From positions 51,090,001-51,154,000 of the forward strand of contig CM097885.1 of assembly GCA_044892525.1 (NCBI GenBank): DNA of 64,000 nucleotides, read 5' to 3'. Below, one piece after another: positions 35,000 to 50,852 of the stretch. The notes under the pieces are model-generated. The model had not been told where the DNA came from and ran no database searches. It was given only the letters and a program-made list of their open reading frames with translations. Origin of the DNA: Schmidtea polychroa. Taxonomy: Eukaryota. The translations under genes were made by a program, and so were the position numbers. Numbering within the stretch: position 1 is the first letter of the stretch; every line of letters starts with the position of its first letter.

Positions 35000-36860
35000 T
35001 GTAAGTAAAGAAAATTAATTATGTCAATGATAATATAATTTAATTATTAATCTCATAAAACGTTAATTTAATACAAATAATAAAAACCTTCGAACACCTT
35101 CAAAAACCTTCAAATTCGTTATATTACAATGTTAATATTGTGATAATCTTGATAATGGATAATTTCAATTTCAATTTAAAGTGTAATAATTGCCCTGACT
35201 ACTTCTTTCGTTGTTAATCTTAATTTTTTATTTAATTTAAAATTTTATTGATTCGAATTATTATATAAATATTAAGAAAAATAATAACAACAATAAAATA
35301 ATGGCAAAAATAAAATTAGTATACTTCACATAACTTCCTCTTTAAAACTGGAGGTTAACACTTTGAACACTGAAAACGAAACGGGATTTTTACATTTATA
35401 ACACCAATGATAATCAAAATAAAAATATTGTACATTTTATTTACATTTGTTTGCATTTTATGTTATGTAGTGTGTTTTGTGTGTTAAACTCACCAGATAG
35501 ATATAACGTAAAATTTGTACAATTTATAATTGTTTATGTTCAATTTTAATTTTTGTATATGTTGTTTAGTTTGAAACAGTCAATGTACTGTTTTCTGTAT
35601 GTGTTTGATGTAGGGGTGTTTTTTTTGGAAGCTTGCGATGGTTCCATATTGTTGAATGAAATGTGTCTTTGTTTTATTTGATTGTTGTTGTTTGGTGCGC
35701 CTGGTTTTTTTTGGTAATAGGGTTTTAATCTACGGATTTTCTTCTTCTTCGCATTTATTTGTTGTTTTTTAATATTGTGACCACCTTTTTATTTAGTCCG
35801 AGTATTTTTTATGGGCCTTCGTATTTTGATTCAAAGCCCTTTGTGAATATTTTTTCTACTAAGACATAGTCTGGTTATAACAGTTTTACCACGTGTTATA
35901 TTTTTTTGCCTTTCTTTAGGTTTGAATTCACCATTTTCAGTTGTTAGTTGTTTTGTTGTTTCTTTGTTGTTGTCGCTCTTTGTTTTTAGTGATGGTAGTT
36001 TTGTTTTTCTGCCAAAAACTTTATATGCATGGCTGTCACTATCAATTGAAATTGGAGTGTTTCTCATTCACAGTAGGATTGTTGGCAGTTGTTTTGACCA
36101 ATTTCTCTCCTCCGATTTTGTTCGTATGCTTTCTTTAATTGTTCTGTGTAGCCTTTCAATTTTCCCATTTGCCTGAGGATTGTAAACGGTTGTTCTGTTT
36201 CTTTTGATGTTGTATTTTTTTGTAGTATTTTGAATAGCTGTGGTTCAAATTGTCTTCCTTGGTCTGTGATATTTGTTTTTTTGATAAGCATAGCCGACTA
36301 TCCAATTGAGTTCTAGGTTATTGCATATGTTTTTTGCTGATATGTTTCTTTGAGATGGACTGCTCGTTTTGTCTATTATTGTAAGTAGATATTGTTAGCC
36401 GTTGTTGGGTGCTAGTGGTCTTACTATATCGATATGTATCATTTCAAATGGTTGTTTGCTTGGAAAATTTACTTTTTGTGCTATTAGTGTTTTTGATGTT
36501 TTGTTGATTTCACAATATTTGCATGTTTTTACGAAATCTTTGAGTTCTGTTCTCATGTTTGAAGAGTGTATCTGATGCTATGTTTGCGGCTCCCGCGACG
36601 TACTTGATTGTACAATTGAACTTCGAAATGAAATTCAATTGTCTTATTTGTCTTGGCGATGGATTTTTCATTTGAATTCCGTTAGTAAGTGATTTATGGT
36701 CTGTAAGGATTTTGAAATTGCTGGCTTCCACTAAGTGTTGGAAGTGTTTTATGGTATCGTGTATTACAAGGTGGAATGTTGAATACCGGGTTTGATGTGT
36801 TTTCAGCTTATTTGAGAAAAAATCAATCGATTATTTAACCTTATTCGTTTTCTTGGTTTG
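35000..36860 (-). mobile_element. Decayed Ty3/Gypsy 3' remnant (RNase H and integrase fragments, PPT, ~330-bp LTR at 35000-35330)
   Basis: ILTDHKSL..YVAGAANIASDTL, IHIDIVRP, ITDQGRQFE, YNPQANGKIERLHRTIK, YEGP; AAAGAGGAAG before TGTGAAGTA. Confidence 0.8.
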
Positions 36861-38379
36861 GTGAATTATGTAAAACAAGAAATTATTTTGTTGCTGGTAA
36901 TTACATTAATTAAACAAATTACAGATAACAGATCGGGAGCGATGATTTTTTCATTATATCTTGCACAATATTACACAAACCGCATCTCAAAATTACAAAG
37001 TGATTATTTCCAAATGATTTTAAACACTTGAGAATTAGGACAATCACATCTTTATCTTTGCATTTGGTTTTTATGCTTTTGTCTAATAAGTGCTATAGCT
37101 TTTTTAATCTGTTACTTTTAACAAATTTTTGATGGCACATAAGCAATTCACGGTAAGGGTTTGATATAAATTATATCGATCTCCGGCAATATTTTTTGCT
37201 TTAAAAATTAATTTTCATTGAATGAAATAAAATCTTTTTTGTATCATATAATTCCAAACAAATTATTTTCTTTGATCCTCAGAATAAGAATCTTTAACTT
37301 TTTTTTTAACTTTTTTTTAACTTTCTCATATTCGAATTCATTTAAAATATCTTCGAACACATATTTATATTAACGAGTTTTAAAAAACAGTTCCTGTTCA
37401 GTAACCGAGGATGGTCCACCCTTTTAATTGTCTGCTCTTACAAGATATAGCTTTCAATTTATTAGTCATTTTATTTGCCTGAATATTCTTCGCTAAATAA
37501 TATAAATTAGTAGTTTTATATGTATATTTAAAATTTTCAATAAATTCAAACAAAAAGAAATAACATCCTATGAATATAAAGACCGGAGAAAGCCTAGAAT
37601 ATTATGTTGATGATAAATAATTACTTTCAGTATAAATTTTAGTTAGTTTTTCTGGATAAAGATAATTTAGTAAAATTATTCGTTCAGGGTGTGAAATTAA
37701 AATATAAATAAATTATTAATTATAAATTAAAAGTAGTTATATTGACTGCTTCTTAGTTTTTATAATGTTTAAAATCTGTATATATTACCCTTTTGTTTGG
37801 ATAAAATTGTCGGAATAAGTAATTTTGTTTCTCAAAGTTCCTGAAATTATATATAGTATTTGTCGAAAAAATGTTTTGCCATTACAAATAATATCTTTGT
37901 TGGGGCTAATAATCAAAGTTTGAGTTATGTTTTCGATATTGTAATCTTTGCAACTTTCTTTAATTTTATCTTGACGTTTAGTCAGTAAATTTTCATAGTT
38001 TCTAAAATTTTGCTAAGTTTGTAAATTATTTTTCTGTCGGTATTCTTCTTAAAATAAAGAACATTTATTTTCTATTGTAATGCTTGCTTAATGAATTTCT
38101 TCATTGAATACAGCCATATTTTATCAAAATAAAATACTTTAAAAAAAATAAAAATACCCCTAAAGTTATATAATATATAAATTTCCTAACTATCATGACT
38201 ATATAAACAAAATCAAATGTTGTTATTATTTAAGCTTGAAACTTAATTTCATATTTTTTTAAATAAAAGTTTTACAAATAATTTTGACACAAAATCTTTA
38301 ACCATGTTGAATTAATAAAAATGAATTATCAGTTAAAATAATTCTGAAGAATTTCAATAATAAAAGTTCCATTAGTTTT

Positions 38380-39614
38380 CTAGTCTATTCCGAGGCCACT
38401 GCAACAAAACACTCACACGTACGAGAATCACGAAGTTTCATTTGTATAATTATGACAGAAACTGACACTAATATAAAATAGATTTAGTTTTGGTGTTTTT
38501 ATTAGAAACTGATTCAGAAGCTGATAGACGCAAACCGCCAATAAAATCTGGGTAGTCACCGATGTGTTCTATAAAGAAATTTTGAAAAAACAGGCAATTC
38601 ATGAGATTTATAATCTCCAAAAATATATTAATTGTAAGACGGTGGCTTAAATTCACTGAGATAATCAAACATCATGTTTTAAAACTTTAGTCATTCATTT
38701 AATTGTTATTTAATTTTATTTATTTTTTATTATCCGCCTGATCAAATGGTAGTCTTTAATTATTAATTATATTATTAATCAGTTTTCTGTTTATTTCTTT
38801 CAAAAATTTGACTAACACAACTTATAAACATTAAAATAAAACTAAGTATATTTATCTTGCTTAATTTTATTAAGAGTTATGCATGACAATTGTGATTTAT
38901 TTACAACTATTATTTGTTGGAGTCAGATCTAAAAAAACAGTTCAAGATCTCCGACTCAATGAGCATTTATAGGAGGTTTTATAAAAAAATCTAGATAAGA
39001 AAAATTGAACAGGAATATTCAATAAAAAGTTTAGTTATTTTTCCTGATTTATCACAAAATATAGAAAATTAAATAAATTTCATAATCATATTATTAATAA
39101 AATTTTTAAAAAACACCTTCATTGTGATAAACAATTCAAATTGTTCAATTGGAGCTTTTTAAATATTTATTACTAAATTCAAAATTTTTAATAGACTATA
39201 ATTTTTTATTGCATTTTAAATGAAGTAAACAAAACCAGAATAAAAGTAACAAAATCATGATAATAAATTCTAATAAAACAAAATTTTAAAATAATGTCCC
39301 AAATTAGTCTGATAATAAATTAATAAATTTAATAAATTATAGCTAGTGAACAAAGTTTTTTAACAGAAATATTTATTTATTATTTGAATATTAAATATTA
39401 ATTATTAGAAAATAATCCACAAATCAATAAAAATCAATAAATTGAGGTTGTTTTTATTTTCCTAATTTTATTCAAGTGAAAATTCTGAAAATATATTTGC
39501 TTAAAAAATCTGTTTTTAATTTCATTCAACCTGGTTGATTTTCTTTTGGCATTTTTTTACAATTTATCACAGTTGACGTATTCAGCAGTGTAACCTGTTT
39601 CCATTTGCTCTACA

Positions 39615-39667
<53 letters not shown>

Positions 39668-40315
39668 CTAAATAAAAAATAATAACTTTTGTAACCTATA
39701 TAATTGAATTTTCATCAAATTTACTGTAAAGTTAAATTTTATTTATAATATTCTAATACTTTTTATATTTACTAAATCACAATATCTATACAAATAAAAA
39801 GAGAATATAATTATTTACCATAATGAAAATTTTTTTACAAAATTAAGTCTATCAAACTATTCTGTGTGGAATTACCTAATAATATTGTTAGAAATATTAT
39901 TCTAATATTTATTTGTTTCCTCTTTTAGGGATTACATGAACTAATCTTGATTTCAGGAATTTGTTCAAATATTTAGCAATTTCTCTTTTGGTTTGTTAAA
40001 ATATTATAAGTAAATCTTATTCTATGCCTTGATTCTTTCAAATAATAAAGCTTTCTGTCATTAAATATTTTAAATAATGAATAATATATTAAATATTTGC
40101 AATTTGTTTTTAGTTGTATTGAAAATAAAATGAGGATTTTCAATTATGATTTACTTCTCTTATTCACTTAAAGAAATAACTGAAATATTAATTTATTAAT
40201 CCTATTACTTTTAAACTTTTATATTAACTTCGACGGCGTTAAATGAATGTGGCATGCAAACCTTGGCATGGCTAACTAACCAATTTGCAGTCATCCAATC
40301 AACCTGAAACTTGAC
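38380..40315 (-). other. Possible short exons of an unidentified host gene
   Basis: GC-richer islands flanked by AG/GT at about 38500-38570, 39532-39610 and 40218-40305; no recognisable domain. Confidence 0.25.
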
Positions 40316-41410
40316 GACAATGACAATGAGTTTTAGTAAGTCTTGGTGCAACATTCACACACACACACTAAAACATTGAAGTTGTTCTTACAGTGCTAAA
40401 TTTTGAAATTTTAACGGCTTTTCGAATTACAAAACATATATTTGAATTTGAAAATGATTTGAAACCTTGAGATTTTCAAATAAAGGATTAATAATAAAAA
40501 CGGGGTTTTTATAGTGTTATTTTTATTGTATTGTCTGTCTTTTGATTGGATATGAATTTGATGCATTCAATATTTTATATACATGAGTTCAGACTGTTAG
40601 TAACATTCTTTATTTTATTGTTTACTTTTGATCTGTTTTCTTTCAATATTTCATTTATTTTCATAATGACTGTTATTATAACACTTGAAAAGGAAATGCA
40701 AATAATTTGTGTTAGATAGAAAAAAAGTTTTTAAATTTTAAGTGTGTAATGTGAAATGTATATATTGTATGTAGTGTAGTCAGAGTAGTAGTGGTATAAC
40801 TTAAATTAAAATGATAGTAAGAAACCACAATAGAAAAACCTAATTTGTTGAATTTTTTTACTTTTTTCATAATATGGGGATACATACGATAAAATGGCTT
40901 ATAATTTTTTCCAAAGTAGGTCTCGTAATATATAAATAAAAAATCCCTATTACGTAAGTGAAAATAATTATTCTCAATAAAAAACGAATTTCAGACAAAA
41001 TATTGAAATGCATGAGTGAACGAGTAATTATTTTATTGAACATATTATTTGAAACTCTTCAAAGGCAAATTTTACGAAATATTCGTCTGTGGCAATAATG
41101 ATATTAAATTAAACTGAAATTTTATTAAAATATCTTGTTTTGCATCAAAATATATTTGAAAACAAATATATATTTTGATAATAAAATTAAATCAAATTTA
41201 TTAGCGTCACGCAAAGATGATGTCACTAAGGCCCAAGGCTGTAACCATATGTTGATTAAAACAATAAATATTATATGTTGTGATTATAAACATTAATCAC
41301 AAAAACCATTTAAAAAAAATATTAATTTTGTTTAAAAAATGAAAAGTTGTTGTAAAATAGATTTTTTTAAATCTCTGAATTTTTCTGATAAATGTCAAAC
41401 CTTAACATTA

Positions 41411-42381
41411 CACCTAACCGCGAAAGTTAACATTGTCTATAATATACGTTGGTGTGCACACCACCTGAGGTGAGTCACCAATTATATGACAATGTTAACT
41501 TAATTTCATTTATTCAATTTTCCAAAAATCGTTTAAAGGTAAGTTTTTGAATTAAAGTAATTTTTAGAACTTGAATTTTGATTTTATATAATTATGAGAT
41601 CATTATTCAAGTTCTTAAATATTACTGTTAGTCAGCATTTATAATATTGATAATATATAACATTGATAATTAAATTTCAGGTGTTTTAGGAATTTTATGG
41701 TATTTTATTTGGATTTATTTGGATTTATTTCGTAAAAATGTAAGTTAGATAATTATAATTATAAATAAGTAAAGTAATCACTAAACATTTATTTTTTAAA
41801 GACATTTAGTAAAGAATGGATAAAATATTTTTTAAGTTTTTGTAATCTTCTTTCGAATTTTGTCTATTTCTGTAATTCTATGAAAATATTAATTTGTTAA
41901 AATAATTTATTAAAATTTACGATTTGCGATTTTTTTCCTGCAAATTCAAAGATGTCGAAGGATCTTCTTCAATATCTGTAAATCTAAAGAAATTTTATAT
42001 TCTAAATTATTTTATAATTAAATCTTACGATGTATTTACTTCTTTTTCCCTAAAGCTCAAGGTAGAGCAGTCAGAATCTGATTCAAAAGTTTTTTTGTAC
42101 ATAACTTTTCAAATAATTTGAAAATATTGATATGTTAATTATATGTTAATCAATGTATATTTCGCATGAAAAACACTTTACTTAAATTTGTATGTATTTT
42201 TCATTATGTGTGCTGTGTTTGTATGCTTAATTATTTTCTCTCACTTTTTAGATTCCTATAATAAATATGTTAAATTTCGCAGCATTAAATTTCTACACAC
42301 AGGTAAGTTGGTGTGTTCCTATAATATATATTTATTGATTTTTTTTAGATTATAGATAATGTTATATTTCGCGGTTAGGTG
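41411..42381. mobile_element. Tc1/mariner-type non-autonomous element
   Basis: TIR CACCTAACCGCGAAA.. / ..TTTCGCGGTTAGGTG flanked by TA on both sides. Confidence 0.8.
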
Positions 42382-43729
42382 TATATAAACTCACTTCGAT
42401 TGTTATTTCTAGAAACATTACTATTCGTATATATTTTTCCATTCAATTCAATTTAATTATTAGCTGAAAAGAAAAGAAAATAATTGAGTTTTCATTTTTT
42501 TTAATGATACAGTTAAACCCATTATCGCACGTTCCTTAGGTTTCTAAAAATGTAGTCTTATGTGGTTTTGAGTTATAAAAAGTTAAGGGGTTAGATTTAA
42601 AATATTAAAAATAACTTATACATTTTATACTTAGAAAAAAATCTTTTTTAAAATCATAATTTATCAAACGCGTTACATTATGTTTTTCTCTTCATTGTTG
42701 TTAATAACCATTACCCGAGGATGTTTTCCTTACTAAATATATTCATATTCTTATACATTTTCATTGTGATTTTCATAAAAATCTGTTATTTTCAATTGCT
42801 TACTATTAGCTATCAGATTCTTATAAATTTATTTGCCTAGAGCTAATTATTTGTAAGGTTCTCTTTTAAATTTTGGACTTTTATCTGTGGAAGGATTGGC
42901 ATTTGTAAAATAGAACTCCAATTGTTTTTTATGGTTTCTGTGGTAAACTTTATAACTTCATTGTACCATTATCTTCTCCAATCCTTACCCTGCTATTTCG
43001 AGTATATCTTTATTTAAGCTTGTGCTTGAAATATATTTTCCAACAGGTATTTAATAATTTTGGTGGATAAAGTTAGAAGATTGATGAAGTCAAAAATTGT
43101 AAGAAATTTCTATGCCTCCGTGATTACGATTGATTCATCTGTAATTTTATTCCAAATAAAATTGCAGTTTCATTTATTTTCCTTCTAACAAAAGATCAAA
43201 AGTTTACTTCTAATCAACAAATAAAATTGGTATTTTTTCTAAATGAAAATAAATAAAATGTCAAAAGAAAACAAAAAAAAATTAAATCAAAGGTTAATCA
43301 AAAAATAACAGACTTCACTAATAAAAATAAGTTTTATTTCAACAAAAACGAAAATATACTTGTAAAAGTTCATTAATCCAAATTGCAGATTTTTTATTTT
43401 TCCTTGATTATTTCCTTGATTATTATTTTCTCGACTTTATTTGGTTTTCACTTATTCTTTTTCTAGAAGTGATATTGATTTTTTCTCAAATTATTATTTT
43501 TATTATTTTTGTAAAAATAGTTTGACAATAATAAAATGCCAAATAGCTCATGGGAAACTAAATATTTCGATACCTTAAAATGTGTAAAAATATGTTTGAT
43601 TTGCCAAAACTCATTTTAAAAACAAGCGTTGTTAAAATTAAATAATATTTGTCAATTTTCATAATAAAATGTTTATGGATAACGGAATATATCTATGATG
43701 AAAATTCAATTACAATAGTCTATATGATG

Positions 43730-43840
<111 letters not shown>

Positions 43841-44715
43841 TATTCTGAAATTGTTTCAAATTGATTTTGTTTGTTTTTTAATATTGAACAGATTTTACGA
43901 AATAAAAACATGAAATCACATGTATTAGCAATTGTATCACGAGTCTTAACTGATGAGGTGTATTTCACACAAAAGAGGTGTAAATATGTTGAAAGAGATG
44001 TTCTTACTTAGGGAATGTGTTATTTAAATGTTTTCGGGTCGCTGAAAGATTTAAAATCAACTTCTCGTCTAAGCACTTCCATGACTATTATCCCTTTCCC
44101 TCCCGTGTGCTGCTGGTAACTACTATGTTTTTGTTTTGTACATAGTGGCTGAAAATCAATTAGCAGGTGAGCTGCCTTACTAGAACTACTCCTCATTGCA
44201 TTTTCACTTTTGGATTCATGACAACAGTAGATGGTTGTGGCACCGCAAAAGCATATACCCCCTCACCACCCGGTGGGGAAATTTTTTTAGAACAAAAACG
44301 ATGACTCATCACTTTTATAGAACAGAGACAATGACTCATCCGATGACTCGTCACTTTATAGAACAACGACAATGACTCATCCGAAAACTCATCAAAACTT
44401 TTTTATTATTATTCAAAATATCATTAGTGGTATTGCGGTGACATGGTTTTGGTCATGCAACAAGTTAGTGTTCCCATCATCCGAATTTATTAATCGAAGA
44501 TCATTTTAAAGCCCAGTGCATGATCTATCTAACGATATATAAATATTATTATTATCATTATTATTGGTAAAGATATTAACGCCCGCGTGGGGACAAAGAC
44601 AATTTTGTTAGAGTTTCCGCCGAATTTATTAAACGATGGCTCATTTTAAAGCTCATAGCAAGAACATTCGAAAGAGCTATATATCTCATTATTACCACTA
44701 TTATTTATAAAGATA

Positions 44716-44736
44716 TTATTATTATTATTATTATTA

Positions 44737-44782
<46 letters not shown>

Positions 44783-44784
44783 CA

Positions 44785-44858
<74 letters not shown>

Positions 44859-45094
44859 GGCAATTATTCATAAGACTTAAATTCTATGTCAATTTAATGA
44901 TTTTAAACATTTTTATCATTTGCATGAATATTTTAATAATTTTCAATATTTCTTTACTATTATTATTATTTTAAATTATTATTTTTACAGTTATTTTGAA
45001 AGTTCTTCATCTTATTATTATTAATATTTTAAAGTTATTTTCAAAGATATTTTCAAAGTATTATTTTCAAAGATTTATTATTATTATTTTTTTA

Positions 45095-45131
<37 letters not shown>

Positions 45132-45401
45132 TGCAAAGTTCTAATTATTATTTTATTTTAGAAGTTTCATTATTATTATTTACTTAAATATTCATAAAAC
45201 TTAATTTATACGTCAATTTCATGATTTTCAACATTTTCATCATTTGCATGATTATTTTAATAATTTTCTACATTTTCAATATTTTCTGGATTTTCAACAT
45301 TTTCATGATTATTTCAGGAACATTTCATCAAATATTTTTCAAAGTATTATTTTCAAAGTTTTTATTAATATTAATATTATTACTATTATAATTATTATTA
45401 A

Positions 45402-45472
<71 letters not shown>
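44716..45472. repeat. (ATT)n tracts with a duplicated intervening segment
   Basis: ATT arrays; TTCATAAGACTTAA../TTCATAAAACTTAA.. blocks near 44867 and 45191. Confidence 0.8.
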
Positions 45473-45474
<2 letters not shown>

Positions 45475-47139
45475 ACTTCATTTTGAGTATAGATGTGAGA
45501 TGGGAACAATAAATTCATATTTAAAGGATATATGAGGTGTAAAGTTTTAAGAATCCCTGCATTTTATTGAAATATTTAGAAACAGAATCATATATTCAAT
45601 TTATACTAGAACAAATTGAACGAAATTATGAAATTTTCTGAAAGTTTATTTAAAAATATTGTCATAGGATAACTTTCTTATTCGTATCACTCCAGAAAAA
45701 TTATGAAAAAACTTTGTGATAGCAATAAAAAATCAATATTGTTTTTGTAAATATCAAATTAATGTTTTCATTAAAAACGTTCAATTAAAATAATTTTATT
45801 ACATTTTTGTATAAAAAGGAATTTTAATTATTATTTTTCTTCAGGTGTATATTTTTCGTAATAAATGTGACAAAATATAAATAATGTTTTAATATATAAA
45901 TGTGAGTTAGACAGTGGAAGTTTATTTTGATTAGATTTTTGTCTTATTATTGAAATAAATTTCAAATTAAAAATGATATTAAGCTTTAGATACCAACACC
46001 ATGTTTTTATATAATATAGAAGGTACTGGCTTGAGCAGTTGCATTGATGTTTAGTGAATTCTCCCACATTTTACCTTCTCTTTTAGAGGGCTTTTTTGAA
46101 TTTTGTGACTTTGGTATTTTGAATGACAGAAAAACATTAGTTTTTATATGGTCATAGATTTTGAATAGAGAAATTTGAGGTTTAGAAAGGATTATTTGTA
46201 ATTATAAGAAAGCGCCATTGAAACATTGGTTTTACGATATATTTCGATAGTTTTCCTGTCATCGTCCGGAAGGATAGAAAAACTATATATATTATAGATT
46301 TTATAAAGAAATTTTATTAATATTTTCTTTTTAATAAAACTATTTTCAAAGCTATAATATAATTTATTATTTGGTTTATTATTTAAATTATATTTTTAAA
46401 AATATTTTGAAACGACAATAAATATGGCTTGAATGACATAATTATTTAAAAATGAGTCAATAAATTAAATAAGAAAAGCAACAAGATTTTTTGTCATAAT
46501 ACTTTTTATATAAATGAAATTAAGTAAATTTAAACAAAATAAGATGTAAAAGCTTATAATTCTCCATTCATCGATACTAAATAAAATGAAAATTTATTCA
46601 ATTAAGCATAAACAAATTGTCTTAATCAAATTATTTAAGCAAATATCTTTGTAATTATAATTGACTTAATTGCTTAACCGTCATATCAATAAGTTCAAAC
46701 AGAAAAGAGTAATGACAAATTTCAAATAAAAATTTTATTATTTATAAAATAAAATATTAAAACAAAAATTACTCTTAAATTTCAATGATATTTTAACAAA
46801 ATAATAAAATATCGTTGAATTTTACAAAATAAAACAAAAATAATAACTAAATAATAACTTAGATTTTATTTAAATTTTAAAATTTAATTTAATTACAATT
46901 TAATATTATAATTTTAAAAGTAACCAACAAATGTCTACATGGAACCAAAACTGACATTTCAATAATTATAATTTAATGTTCCTTTATTACTATAATTGGG
47001 TTTTTCTATGATTTATTAATTAGATTACTTAAACAAATTATAAATCTCTTTTTAAAATCGAAATTGTAAATTTAAACTTAAGTCAAAACTAATTCTATTT
47101 AAAATAAATTATATAAAACAACTATTTTCAGTTAATATA

Positions 47140-47845
47140 CGTGATGCGCCCAATAAGTATTTAGACTCAACAAGAAATAAGCAACCAATTTTATTCACAC
47201 TTTTAACAACAAAAAAACAACCTGTAAAGGTCTATTTCTCAGTGTAAGCTCCGCCGACACCCACGCATTTTTGACATTGTGACACCAAGTTCAAAATGCC
47301 TTTTTCATAAGAGCATTTAAGTAATGAAGCTTCCCAGTTCCTTAATGTCCATTTCATTCATCAAATTACATACATACCTTTGAAGATGTTTAGATGTTGT
47401 GCTAGGAGTTTTGTTGCAAAGAAACGGTATATCATGATGATTTTCTCTAACATTTCTTTCTTCTCATTTCCAACCTTTAAAGGTCTGTTAGACTTTTCCA
47501 AATCAAAAGCACTTGGCACCCACTTTAAAAATCACAAATCCAGTTGTAGATGGTTGTTCTACCTGGTACTCACTCTAGTAAACATCCTGCATTTGTGAAA
47601 TAATTTCTTTGCTACTAGTTTACTTCAAAAGTAGAAACTTTATAATGCTTTAAAATTCAAAATAATCTGACATTTTCTGACACTATAATGAAATAGCGCA
47701 ATTTCTTTTCCAAACAAAAATAACTTAGAAAAACAAAATACTTTTTTTATTTCCTATACAATTTGAAGTATAATCAATAAACCAATACCTATTTTATAAA
47801 GAAATTATTTCATAACGAGTCTAAGTACATATTGGGCACACCATG
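47140..47845 (-). mobile_element. mariner deletion derivative
   Basis: Imperfect ~30-bp TIRs (..CCCAATAAGTATTTAGACTC), TA flanks, WVP motif and C-terminal YEKGILNLVSQCQKCVGVGGAYTEK on the minus strand. Confidence 0.8.
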
Positions 47846-47857
47846 TATATTTACAGT

Positions 47858-48335
47858 TAGGGTTGCCAGATTTTCACCAAGACAAACCGGGACAATTCCG
47901 GAAAACCGAGACGTCTGGCAACCATAGTAACTATATAAAAAATTAATATAATAAACCAAGTATAAATATAAAAATCAATAAACCTAAATAAACTTTAAAT
48001 AATTTAATAGCTTTAAATATTGTAAATAAAAAATTAACTTTCCCACGACGGCCATAGATTAAATTAAACAAAAACAAAACTTAACCATCTCTCATTCATA
48101 ACAAAAACAAACTATCCAACAGGAAAAGTTTAATATTAAAACCCATCGAACAAGAAAGCTAATTGGAAAAATAGAAAAAGTGTGATAAATAAAGGAAACT
48201 TTGGAGGCAGTTGTCCTCCAAAATTTTTAATTTTGTTTGCAATATTGCAATGCATAAAAACCGGGACAATTGAGCGTCCCGAAGACCTCTTTCACCGAGA
48301 CACTGATCTCAAAACCGGGACGTCTGGCAACCCTA
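47858..48335. mobile_element. hAT MITE
   Basis: TIR TAGGGTTGCCAGA/TCTGGCAACCCTA, perfect 8-bp TSD TTTACAGT, subterminal ACCGGGAC repeats. Confidence 0.92.
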
Positions 48336-50756
48336 TTTACAGTTCAATTTGAAATTTTTTAATTATTTAAACTTCTTTTAGATTAAACAAACAAAGATAT
48401 TTTAAATAAAGAAAATCTAGACTTGGCTATTTTGTATTAAATATTTTATTATTTTTACTATTGATCGATTTCCGATAACATTTTGTTTCAATTACTTGAA
48501 AAAACCTGTGCTGAATATTCGTGTTAAATAAAGAAAAAATATTAATAAAAGAAGTCTGATAATTTATTTATACAACATAGAAAGAAAAATTTACCAAGAA
48601 ATATAAAATATTCTATACTGAATAAAAGTCCAAATTTCAATTTTTATTTTCATCATCAGTAACATATTTTCAAAACTTTAATTAGCAGATGCAGATTGTC
48701 GTAATTCTCCAATTATGAATTTTCTCCAATTATTTCACCAAAATTGATCTAAACAAACAAAATATTTCTCTATCAACAGTTTTTCTAACAAAACATAATT
48801 GTGAACAAAAAATATATAAATTAAATAAACAAAAACTAGAATATAATTGTAAAATTTTCCTTTTGTAAGTGTTGTGACAAAGAAATATACCGATTTCGAG
48901 GGGAAAAAATGAACTTGAAGTACGTAATTGAATTATTCCACCTAATTATGGTGAACGTCATTCTATTGAAATAATCCTTTCTTTCCGATTTTGTTCACTA
49001 GAAATCTGACAAGCCGTAATTAATCCTCTTTCAAATGCAAATTAATGAATAGTATCATTAGACCGATGTAGGCAAGAGAAGTAACCCAGAATTCCTGCTT
49101 ATTTCTTCTTGCACATTGGAATCTTCGGTAAATTATAAACAGATTTTGGTTTAATAATTATTTTTTTTTGATTAAATTTTTTGTAATTTCACTTTAAATT
49201 TGAAATGAATTCTTTTCAGTAATTGTTAAATGCGAATTTAATGGAGAATTTTCTTATGTAAAAATCAGATAAAAAAATAGTATGCTACATATTTTAATTA
49301 ATTATTTAGAATTTTATGTTTTATATTACTAATTAATCAAAGATTTATGTTGTTAAATTTATAGGAAACATTTTAATTATTTTTTTATTTATTTATAACA
49401 ATTTTTGGGTAATTCACAATTAATTAATATAAATCTTTCCTTTGTTTTTGTTTAATTTTATTTTTATTATTTAAAATTTTTAATCGATAAAGAGAAATGG
49501 TATTTTAATATTTCAATTTTTTTATTAAATTTATTACTTTTTATTTTTAGTTTCGGTTGATAATTTCTTCATTGCGTCAAAATATATTTGTTTTAAATGT
49601 ATTCTTAATTATTAAAAATTTTTAAATATTAAATTATCTATTGAAAAATTTTTAAATGCTTGGGAATTTTGAGTTTTAATAAAATAATTCAATTTATTAT
49701 ATAATGAAATTATTTGTTTCTATTTCTATATACATTAATGACATTGAAAAAATTATTAAGTTGAGTTAGCTATTAAGAGATTTCTCGCAGATGTTAGAAG
49801 CACTGAACGTATCAGTATTTTCAGAAAATAATAATTTTGAGGCTTAAACAAAAATTGATATAGGAAATAAATTTTAAATAGTTTACAATTTATTGGACTT
49901 CAAGTCCTAAAGAAAGTTCTGGAAAAAAGAGTATTAGAAGCTGCTGACACATCTTCTAAATTATCTTTGAAATCCGGTTCAAAAGTTAACGTCATAATTC
50001 CTAGTATTTATTTAATGAAATATTGTATAATTCCCAAACAAATTTTCAGCGTTGAATAAAATATTTTAAAAACCATTTATAAAAATTTCGATATTTAAAA
50101 TATATTTATTTAAAAATGATTTACTAATAAAAGGTTGCTTAATTTTTTAATTTAAAAATTTAAAAATTTCAATTTAAAAATGTTTTTAAAGGTTATTTCA
50201 AATAGTCAATTATTTATCATTTAAAATTATCTTAATAAATTATTGAAATATTTAATTCTCAGCTGAAAACACCTCACAAGAGTATAACGGCTATCAAATA
50301 AAATTTAAAGCTTATCCGTGGAATTTATATATAAACGTTAAAAGTTTCACTTATAAATATTTTACAATGCGATATTCTATAAAGTCCCGTTTCTTTAATT
50401 TTCTGTGGATCTTGTACTTACTTCACAATTAGTCAGAATATTCAAATGAGTTCAAACATTATCAAGTACAATGTATAAATATCATTTTCTAGTCTTTCCT
50501 TCTATTTGAATTTTATATGTAAAAAGGCTTTAGTTTTGATAAAAGAGGGCAAAACACATTTTTAATTTGTGTACCCAAGGGTCTCTATGTGGTAACTGCA
50601 AATAATTTCTCTTGCTAAATCTACATTCCAATCCAATTGGAAAAATTTTAAGTACACCATCATGCTCAAAACTGCCACTTTTGGTATCTGTAAAATTGAT
50701 TTAAAATAGGAGGACTTCAAACCAACATTTACCAATACTCGAATTACACACACACA

Positions 50757-50758
<2 letters not shown>

Positions 50759-50850
<92 letters not shown>
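50759..50850. repeat. (TA)n microsatellite
   Basis: Visible dinucleotide repeat. Confidence 0.95.

Positions 50851-50852
<2 letters not shown>

Noticed and set aside
43950..43975. CTGATGAG..stem hammerhead candidate
   Set aside because: No GAAA core and no stems I/III
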